A DNA stretch of 64,000 nt from Nitrospirota bacterium (GTDB taxonomy: Bacteria > Nitrospirota > Thermodesulfovibrionia > Thermodesulfovibrionales > Dissulfurispiraceae). Below, in pieces: positions 51,360 through 59,107 of this stretch (positions are counted from its first letter, which is position 1; each line of letters opens with the position of its first letter). The position numbers and the translations under genes were made by a program. Location of the stretch: the NCBI GenBank assembly GCA_963790025.1, contig CAWBMP010000004.1, forward strand, positions 960,001-1,024,000, written 5' to 3'. Under the pieces are notes generated by a model. It was given only the letters and a program-made list of their open reading frames with translations. It had not been told where the DNA came from and did not search any database.

Positions 51360-54300
51360 TCATTTATCATGAAACTGACCTGATGTCAAACACCCTGTTC
51401 CTGCACGCACCCGTTTGCCGGTGATTATCCTTGACGCATTGCTTTCAAGTGTATCTATCCTACCCTCAAATGCTGCATTAGCCAAAATCGTGGTTGTCCT
51501 CTGAAATGCTGCCGACGCAAGAAAACTTTTTGAGTACAGCGGTATCTGACTGATGCCGAGGAGCACGGGAGTCGCTGTCGGAGGCTTCAAGCCTCTTCGC
51601 CGGGTCCTGTCACACTCATCTTCAAATTCGCTCTTATGAATAATATCACCTGTCAGAAACCTTGCCCCCCGGCTGTCTGTAACTTTCACAAATCCGGTCA
51701 TCTGGCTAAGTATTATTTCAAAATGCTTGTCATGTATTACCACTCCCTGTTTGCGGTATATCTTCTGGGCTTCATCGAGTAAATATTTCCACACTGCTCC
51801 GCCACCTGCAGCATGCAACAGATCATGGGGGTTGACTGCACCGTCAATGTTACTGAGCTCCGCCGCTCTGCGCGGCCTTCTTGCTTCAAGAAGGTCAATA
51901 ACCTCCGGAAGCCCGCCGGTTATGTCCATGGGAGTGACAACTGCTCCACCGGTATGAAATGTTCGCAGGGTAAGCTGGGTCCCGGGCTCACCTATGGACT
52001 GAGCTGCGATAATACCCACCGCGTCCCCTGTCTCTGCGGGCCTGCGGCTGCCGACATTGAATCCGTAGCAGCGCGCACAAACGCCGCGTTGCGCCTTGCA
52101 GGTAAGCACAGACCGCACTTTGACCTTTTCTATTTTTGCCTTGCTGATTTTTGCCGCTGTCGCTTTATCCAAAACGGTGCCATACGATACGAGCACAGTG
52201 CAGGAGTCTATGTCCAGAACGTTATCTGCCAATGCCCTGCCGGTTATTCTCTCCTCCAGAGAAATTTCTACTGTACCGCCGTTCTTCAGCGGTCCAAGGT
52301 AAATGCCTTCGAGCGTCCCGCAATCATCCGTAGTTACGATGAGGTCACGCGCAGCACTCACCAGCCTTCTCGTAAAATAGCCCGCCGCCGGCGTCTTCAT
52401 GGGGCCATCCACCCTGCCCTTTCGCGCCCCGTGCGTGGAAAGAAAAAACTGGAATGCACTTAACCCTTCTCTGAAATTCGATGTAATCGGCATTTCTACA
52501 ATTTCACCCGTGGGCTTGGCCATCAAACCCCTCATGCCGTTTATTTGGCGTATCTGGTTGAAGTCGCCTCTCGCGCCAGAATCACACATCATAAAAAGGG
52601 CATTGGATTCTACATGCCGGTCTTCTTTTAATACGCGCATCGCTTCAGATGTTATCCTGTCGGTTGCTCTCGTCCATACGTCGATTTCCTTATTATGCCT
52701 TTCGTTGTCAGACATCAAACCGGTTTCATAATGGCTCCTCACCTCCGCTGCTTCCTCCTCTGCCTCAGCAACAATGGCCGCCTTTTCGGAAGGGACGAGC
52801 ATGTCATCAAGACAAAGCGATATGCCCGACAACGTCGCATATTTAAACCCAATGCCTTTTATCTCATCCAGAAACCTGATCGTCTCCCTGACGCCGCACT
52901 TTTCATAGCACAACTCGATTAAGCCGGCAAGTTCCTTTTTATTTAAGACTTTATTTATTACCGCGAAGGGTATACCTGCTGGAGTTATGGCATAGAACAG
53001 CACCCTTCCAGCCGTTGTTCTTACCAAGGCGCCATCTATTCTGACCTGAATGCTGGAATGTTCTTCTACAATATTGTTTGCATATGCAATACACACCTCG
53101 TCCACATCCGAGAAAAGCATTCCTTCCCCTTTTCCCCTTTTTCCCGATTTCCCATCGCTGGTCAAATAATAAATACCCAGGACAATGTCCTGAGACGGCA
53201 ATAAAGCAGGCCTGCCGTTGGCCGGATGGAATAAATTGTTAGTGGACATCATGAGGACCCTCGCCTCTATCTGTGCTTCAAGTGAGAGAGGCACATGCAC
53301 TGCAATGGTATCTCCGTCAAAATCGGCATTGAAGCCCGAACACACAAGAGGATGGAGCCTTATTGCAGCGCCTTCAACAAGGACAGGATCAAAGGCTTGC
53401 ATGCTTAATTTATGCAAAGTCGGCGCCCGGTTTATTATGACTGGATGCTCGGCAATTATATCATCGAGGGCGTCCCAGACTTCTGGTTTCTCTTTTTCAA
53501 AAAGCCGCTTTGCCTGTTTCAGCCTTGGGGCAAACCCATTTTTAATAAGCCACCGGTATATAAATGGCCTGAAAAGCTCAAGTGCCATTGCCTTCGGAAT
53601 GCCGACCTGATGGATTTTCAATTCCGGCCCTATAGTAATATGTGCCCTTCCGGAATAGTCGACCCTTTTGGCAAGAAGATTATGTCTGAATATTCCACTC
53701 TTAGAGCTTATCATCTCTGAGAGCGATTTAAGCGGCCTTTTTTGAGACCGGTTTTTGACGGCAACATTCCTGCCATTGTCGAGCAGGCTGTCAACTGCGG
53801 CCTGAAGAAGCCTTTTTGCATTCTGAAGTATTATTTCTGGAGCGCCGAGGTGAATAAGTCTTCGCAAGCTTTGATTTTTGTAAATGACCTTGCTATAAAG
53901 CAGATTAAGATCGGAGGCAACAGTAGTCCCGGCGTCAGGAAAAATTATGGGGCGCAGGTCAGGGGGCAATACAGGCAGCATGTCTAAAATCATCCACTCC
54001 GGTTTGTTTCCGGACTTCAGGAGTTTCTCGATCAAAGAGAGTCTGCTTCTTTTTCTCAGGGATAACGTGCCATTCTCTTTAAGTCCCTTCGGAATGGCAT
54101 CCAGGTCAAGGCCTGTAAGTAGTTTCCTGATCGCTTCCGCACCGGTTTCAACATGGAAATGATCGCATGAAGTCCGGTATTTTCTGTACTCTTCATGTGT
54201 AATTGTCTGGTTCTGTTTGAGACCGCTGTCGCCCGGATCAATTACAACATAAAATTCGTATTGCACGATTTTTTGGACCTGCCGGGGAGGCAGTCCCAGT

Positions 54301-54671
54301 ATCCTTGCAAGAACGCTTTTAGGCCCTTTGTAATACCAGATGTGCGCAACAGGCGCAGCGAGAGTTATGTGGCCGAGTCTTTTTCTTCTCTCTTCCGGTT
54401 CCAGCAGCCCCGTACCGCAAGTCTTACATGAGGCTGCTCCACCGTTATCTGTGCCACAAGAACATTTACCCTTTCTTACCGGGCCGAATATTCCTTCGCA
54501 GAATAACCCATTTTTTACCGGGCCGCCATTTTTTAAACTGAATGTTTCCGGCGAAGACACCTCGCCATAAGATAATAAACTCTTCCCGAGGGGACTTAAA
54601 AGACCGATTCTAAGAGAATCAAATGCCTGATTATCGATCATAGGTTGTTGGCTGCAGGGACATGCCTCCAT
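51360..54671 (-). CDS. rpoC: Orphan divergent RNA polymerase beta-prime paralog (1103 aa; start uncertain)
   Basis: GLFCEGIFGP, PVLPPDLRP, KRVDYSGR, NRAPTLH, NADFDGD, SGARG, GEPGTQLTLRTFH, DITGGLP, DKHFE, AGTG. Confidence 0.95.
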   Translation of the reverse strand: MEACPCSQQPMIDNQAFDSLRIGLLSPLGKSLLSYGEVSSPETFSLKNGGPVKNGLFCEGIFGPVRKGKCSCGTDNGGAASCKTCGTGLLEPEERRKRLGHITLAAPVAHIWYYKGPKSVLARILGLPPRQVQKIVQYEFYVVIDPGDSGLKQNQTITHEEYRKYRTSCDHFHVETGAEAIRKLLTGLDLDAIPKGLKENGTLSLRKRSRLSLIEKLLKSGNKPEWMILDMLPVLPPDLRPIIFPDAGTTVASDLNLLYSKVIYKNQSLRRLIHLGAPEIILQNAKRLLQAAVDSLLDNGRNVAVKNRSQKRPLKSLSEMISSKSGIFRHNLLAKRVDYSGRAHITIGPELKIHQVGIPKAMALELFRPFIYRWLIKNGFAPRLKQAKRLFEKEKPEVWDALDDIIAEHPVIINRAPTLHKLSMQAFDPVLVEGAAIRLHPLVCSGFNADFDGDTIAVHVPLSLEAQIEARVLMMSTNNLFHPANGRPALLPSQDIVLGIYYLTSDGKSGKRGKGEGMLFSDVDEVCIAYANNIVEEHSSIQVRIDGALVRTTAGRVLFYAITPAGIPFAVINKVLNKKELAGLIELCYEKCGVRETIRFLDEIKGIGFKYATLSGISLCLDDMLVPSEKAAIVAEAEEEAAEVRSHYETGLMSDNERHNKEIDVWTRATDRITSEAMRVLKEDRHVESNALFMMCDSGARGDFNQIRQINGMRGLMAKPTGEIVEMPITSNFREGLSAFQFFLSTHGARKGRVDGPMKTPAAGYFTRRLVSAARDLIVTTDDCGTLEGIYLGPLKNGGTVEISLEERITGRALADNVLDIDSCTVLVSYGTVLDKATAAKISKAKIEKVKVRSVLTCKAQRGVCARCYGFNVGSRRPAETGDAVGIIAAQSIGEPGTQLTLRTFHTGGAVVTPMDITGGLPEVIDLLEARRPRRAAELSNIDGAVNPHDLLHAAGGGAVWKYLLDEAQKIYRKQGVVIHDKHFEIILSQMTGFVKVTDSRGARFLTGDIIHKSEFEDECDRTRRRGLKPPTATPVLLGISQIPLYSKSFLASAAFQRTTTILANAAFEGRIDTLESNASRIITGKRVRAGTGCLTSGQFHDK

Positions 54672-54773
54672 TATTTTGTCGCAACAAGACGCTATAGTAA
54701 ATATTACTTTCTTAATTGATATTTACGGCATTTGTTTTACGATATGTATATCGATGATATTTTAGGAGGACAA

Positions 54774-55019
54774 ATGGTAACAACTACAATATCACCTAAA
54801 TATGAGGAAGAAGCACTTGTTGCAGCAGGTCTTATCAACAGGACATCGGTTATTAAGCTCACTGAAAGCATTGCTATCTTCGCAGCAGACCTGAGCCTGA
54901 AATGCGGGCTGCCGATGGCCGATGCTGTTGTATACGCCACTGCACGGGAGGAAGATTGCCAGGTAGTGACTGGTGATGCCCATTTTAAGGGGCTCGACAA
55001 AGTTGAGTTTATTTCATAA
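54774..55019 (+). pseudogene. Collapsed vapBC: AbrB-type antitoxin N-terminus fused to the C-terminal half of a PIN toxin
   Basis: SD AGGAGG; MVTTTISPKY then ...LPMADAVVYATA..VVTGDAHF; PIN N-terminal acidic motif missing. Confidence 0.7.
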
Positions 55020-55122
55020 TTGGGGAGTGTACTAAGTACGTCCCTTAGTGTGGTGTCCCCGGCACTGTCCCACATGCTATTATATATAAACGGTATGGAA
55101 ATCGATTATTTGGAGGAAGCAC

Positions 55123-55833
55123 ATGAGAGTATTTGTCGTTGCAGTATTGGGCCTTATTCTTTTTGCCGGGCAGTCTTTCGCGGGAGATAATAAACAGATG
55201 AGTGAAAAGGAAAAACTGAGTTACAGCCTTGGATATGCACAGGGCAGCAACATGGCTGGTTTTTTCAAAACCCAGTCTGTTGACATAGATACAAATGTTT
55301 TTGTCGAGGCCTTCAAAGCCGGCCTTTCCGGAACCAAACCGCTTCTGACGGACCAGGAAATACATCAAACCCTGGCGGACTTTCAGAAAAGCATGGCGGC
55401 CAAACAGGGGAAAGTCATGCAGGAATCAGCTGAAGCTAATAAAAAAGCTGGGGAAACGTTTCTTGCTGAAAATAAGAAAAAGGCTGGTGTTATAACACTG
55501 CCAAGCGGCCTTCAATATATAGTCCTGAAGGAAGGCACAGGGGAAACTCCTAAAGCAACGGACAAGGTCACAGTCAATTATCGGGGGACCCTCATCGACG
55601 GGAGAGAATTTGACAGTTCCTACAAACGCGGAGAGCCCGCAGTGTTTCCTGTCAATAAAGTGATCCCTGGCTGGACCGAGGCGCTGCAATTAATGAGAGT
55701 TGGTTCGAAATGGAAGGTCTTTATACCCTCAAATCTAGCTTACGGCGAAAGGACCGCAGGCCAGATGATAACGCCCAACTCAACCCTTATCTTTGAGGTC
55801 GAGCTTCTTTCTATAGAATCAGATAAACAGTAA
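55123..55833 (+). CDS. FKBP-type PPIase (Mip/FkpA-like), exported
   Basis: Signal peptide, SYSLG, SGLQY, YRGTL, FDSS, VIPGWTEAL. Confidence 0.95.
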   Translation: MRVFVVAVLGLILFAGQSFAGDNKQMSEKEKLSYSLGYAQGSNMAGFFKTQSVDIDTNVFVEAFKAGLSGTKPLLTDQEIHQTLADFQKSMAAKQGKVMQESAEANKKAGETFLAENKKKAGVITLPSGLQYIVLKEGTGETPKATDKVTVNYRGTLIDGREFDSSYKRGEPAVFPVNKVIPGWTEALQLMRVGSKWKVFIPSNLAYGERTAGQMITPNSTLIFEVELLSIESDKQ

Positions 55834-55925
55834 GAACTGATAGTGAAGGGCCCACAAAAAAAGGGTACACATCCTTTATTTTCCGCAAATTAACATCCCT
55901 GCGAAAAAATGGGGACCTGTACCCA

Positions 55926-56188
55926 TCAATTATATTCTCTATACACTTCCTTGCGATGTATCACTGCGATAATGAAAAAAGTATTTTTGTCTGGCTTTAT
56001 CCAATATATTACTCTATAATAGTCAACCCTGAGTCTGAATTTTTTTTGAATTTTCCTTCTATAGGCTTGCAATCGGCTGATGGATCGCAAACCAACCTGC
56101 TTACGGCATTCAGTATGCTGATTGCATTTTGCTTATCGATTTTTTTTAGCTGTCTGTGGGTATTGGAGGTCAGGCCTATACTGTTCAC
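55926..56188 (-). pseudogene. RelE/ParE-family toxin split by a frameshift in an A8 tract
   Basis: RQLKKIDKQ..CKPIEGKFKK in one frame; FRLRVDYYRVIY..VIHRKEVY in the -1 frame; T8 at 56040-56047. Confidence 0.8.
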
Positions 56189-56536
56189 CTTTCCCGGTAA
56201 CTGCGAGTGTGGATGTCTAACGGTATAGTCCTGACCCCCAGTTTGCAGTTTGCAGTTTTCGGTATTCATAGCAACAATGTTTAAATGTTTACAGAGAGTG
56301 CGTGTTCCTGTCAACATCAAACGACACCCTAAGCTACTTCTTTGATAAGTAAATAATGATTAAATGTACTGGATTAGGTAATATAACGATGAAAGTATTA
56401 TGTATACTATGCCGGAAGATGTGCGGGCGGAATAAAAGGATAGGAGTAGTGTTCGAGACGTGACATGAATAGTGTGTTGAAGGTTTTGGTTTCGATGTTC
56501 CTGATGACAGGGTTGTGTGGGTGCGGTTGAGGTAAG

Positions 56537-57127
56537 ATGAAACAATTCATTCTCTCAACAATTGTGACAGTGGCGCTATGCGCTACGGCGTGCACGATTG
56601 CTGGAAGAGACTTTGTTAGAGCCGATTGGGAAAAACTAAATTATGGGGAGATGACACGCGAGCAAATAATTCAGGAATTTGGTGAGCCACTTCACGAAAC
56701 CCCACTTGAAATTAATAATTCTTCATGTACAGCTTTAGTTTATGATTTCGGCGGACCGACAGTAGGAACACGAACCCAGGTGTTTTACTTTTTCTCTAAT
56801 AGACTCATAGGGTATTTTTTTACCGGCGATCTTAAGGGCGCAGGTATTGACCCTGAGTCTTTTTCAAAAATCTCTCTTATACAAAAAGGGGTGACAAGAA
56901 TGGGCCAGGTCGATGCCCTTTTTGGAAAGGCACGTGGAATCTTTATATACCCGATGACGAAGAATAAAGAGGACAGGACTTTTGTTTATGCGTACTTGCA
57001 TGGGGGATTCAGTCGTCCAGATGAAAGAATGTTGATTATTAATTATGATACCCAAGGAATAGTGAAAGATTTTAAATATTCCATTATATTAGGCCTCAAG
57101 TCTTTCCTCGACTTTATAGTGATGTAA
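56537..57127 (+). CDS. Putative lipoprotein with two BamE/SmpA-like repeats
   Basis: Hydrophobic leader ending ATAC; GEMTREQIIQEFGEP and GVTRMGQVDALFGKA. Confidence 0.65.
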   Translation: MKQFILSTIVTVALCATACTIAGRDFVRADWEKLNYGEMTREQIIQEFGEPLHETPLEINNSSCTALVYDFGGPTVGTRTQVFYFFSNRLIGYFFTGDLKGAGIDPESFSKISLIQKGVTRMGQVDALFGKARGIFIYPMTKNKEDRTFVYAYLHGGFSRPDERMLIINYDTQGIVKDFKYSIILGLKSFLDFIVM

Positions 57128-57184
57128 TTCCTTTCGATGCGGCACTTATAACCTGAAGTGCCGCGCATTCTCTCCAGAAATTTT

Positions 57185-58825
57185 TTACTCTGTATATGGA
57201 TAATTATACTGTTGCAAATCCCTCGTGGGTTGATGAAACATTTCATTGTAAACCTGTTTAAACCTCGGATCATCTGACCCTATCTGTGTAACCACCGTAG
57301 CTCCGCAGCCTTTCGTGTGCGAAGCCCCGCCGCATGCCAGAGCCTGCCGGAGGTCAATTTTGCCGATGAACGTCCCATATTTGCAAGGAGTCGCGTCGAA
57401 CGCTGCATTCAACCATTGCGCATCAGTACGGCTGGCCACTATTGCGCCATCGCCGGTAGTGCTCGGCGTTGTGAGGTCATAAGACGAATCGAAAAATGGC
57501 GTTATATCTGCAGTAGTTTGGGTTGTTGGTGAAAACCCGGATGCTACGAGCCCGCCGACAGCACCGGCACTGCCTCCAATAAGCGCTCCCGTCCATACTG
57601 CATTAAGCCCAGCGGAAGAAGCTGCGCCAGCAGTGGCACCGGCCCCGCCCCCAGCGCCGGCACCCCCAGGTATAAGAGCACCAATTGCTGCACCACCAAC
57701 CGCCATAATAACAATACACGCAATAAACACAAACAGGCCCGTAAATCCCGACTGAGACTTCGACCACTGATACAACAATATCTCCGAATTATCAAAGTTC
57801 GCGCCCTGTCCAGTAACCTGAGTAAATCCAACCTGGTTCCCATCAACCCACGTCGGGTTATAAACAAAATCGGCATACGAACCACTATGTGCTTTCATTG
57901 CAACTGTCCAGTCCTGGCTAAGCCAGTACGACACAGTCACTTTCACTGTTTTCGTAAAAAAACCACCGTGTGATTCTTTTTTTATGTCCTGCCGTATCTT
58001 CGAATTAGCCACAAACGCCACAGCCGCCTTATGTGTCATCAATGCAAGCGCCACCAGATTGTACAGTCCTGCCTGCGTGATGTTATGGAAATCACCGTCT
58101 CCGTTGTCGAAATCCCTGAGCCCCCGGTGTGTGTAACACGGGTCGCTGTTGAACCGCTGGTGAAAGTAATAGTTGCTGTGATTGATCTTGTCCTGATCAG
58201 CGCCGAAGATAAAGTAAGGCTGCAACATCGTTCTGCCGAAGTCATACTCGGCAACATCGTGCATGATCCGGGTATTATCGACATTCGGCGGGTCGGATGT
58301 GGACAACTGGTGCTCCGTCGGATCGCACCCTGGTCCGGAATTATAATCCAGCCAAGCGAAATTATAATAATGCTTCCCCATGAAATGATGAAAATTGCCG
58401 GGTGTGATCTGCAGAAGATCCGCCCTGATGTTGGGACCTACCTGCGCCATACGCATCAGCGCGAGAGTCGCGGTATTTGTGGCTGGGTCATATTTAGCGA
58501 GGACCATAGGCGGCGGTGCGCTCGGCAGGACAATTGTATTTGATAGCTGATTGCTGGGAATATTGAGGTATACAGCGTCTTCCCTGCCTGCCATTCGGGC
58601 CCACGCATACTTCAACATCCCATGGGGCGCCGACGTGTCCGTAGGAAGCGGCGGCACTGGCCCCGGAGTGCCTTGATATATGCCGCCGGCATATGCGCTT
58701 GCTATTCCCACTTGCAGGCCCAGTTCTTTAGTCTCCTCATGCGGCATGAAGATCAGAAATGTCCACGTGAATAGTGTCACAAGGAATGCGCTGATTGTCT
58801 TATGAACCCATGTCTTTTGTGCCAT
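57185..58825 (-). CDS. Exported hypothetical protein with Gly/Ala-rich hydrophobic hairpin
   Basis: 546-aa ORF, SD GAGGA, N-terminal hydrophobic leader, internal FVFIACIVIMAVGGAAIG..GALIGGSAGAVGG. Confidence 0.75.
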   Translation of the reverse strand: MAQKTWVHKTISAFLVTLFTWTFLIFMPHEETKELGLQVGIASAYAGGIYQGTPGPVPPLPTDTSAPHGMLKYAWARMAGREDAVYLNIPSNQLSNTIVLPSAPPPMVLAKYDPATNTATLALMRMAQVGPNIRADLLQITPGNFHHFMGKHYYNFAWLDYNSGPGCDPTEHQLSTSDPPNVDNTRIMHDVAEYDFGRTMLQPYFIFGADQDKINHSNYYFHQRFNSDPCYTHRGLRDFDNGDGDFHNITQAGLYNLVALALMTHKAAVAFVANSKIRQDIKKESHGGFFTKTVKVTVSYWLSQDWTVAMKAHSGSYADFVYNPTWVDGNQVGFTQVTGQGANFDNSEILLYQWSKSQSGFTGLFVFIACIVIMAVGGAAIGALIPGGAGAGGGAGATAGAASSAGLNAVWTGALIGGSAGAVGGLVASGFSPTTQTTADITPFFDSSYDLTTPSTTGDGAIVASRTDAQWLNAAFDATPCKYGTFIGKIDLRQALACGGASHTKGCGATVVTQIGSDDPRFKQVYNEMFHQPTRDLQQYNYPYTE

Positions 58826-59107
58826 AAGAATCCTCTTTTTATTGTCCCGTCCCCTGTAGGGGGGTAAAAACCAGGGGACGGGAATGTTAGGCCTTCATCA
58901 GGATATTACTTTTAAATTCTTCTCAGTGTACCCAGGAGATTATTTCTCCATTATGATTTATTGTTTCATTGTGCAATAGGAGGGACATCGATTACATAAA
59001 ATTCTTGACATTTTTATATAATCCTTCTTAATTTACCGTATGTGCTTTGATTATTCGGGGTGATTAGTTCCAGAACTCTGCGCACTACTATGCTTAAGGA
59101 GGTATGT

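Noticed and set aside
51360..54671. Housekeeping rpoC, split cyanobacterial-type rpoC1/C2, or phage RNAP
   Set aside because: No rpoB or ribosomal-protein context; all conserved regions are in one ORF; motifs are clearly cellular beta-prime and no phage genes flank it.
55856..55925. REP-like imperfect inverted repeat after the FKBP gene
   Set aside because: Single imperfect copy (GGGTACA..TGTACCC) with no associated transposase in the window; not supportable as a mobile element.
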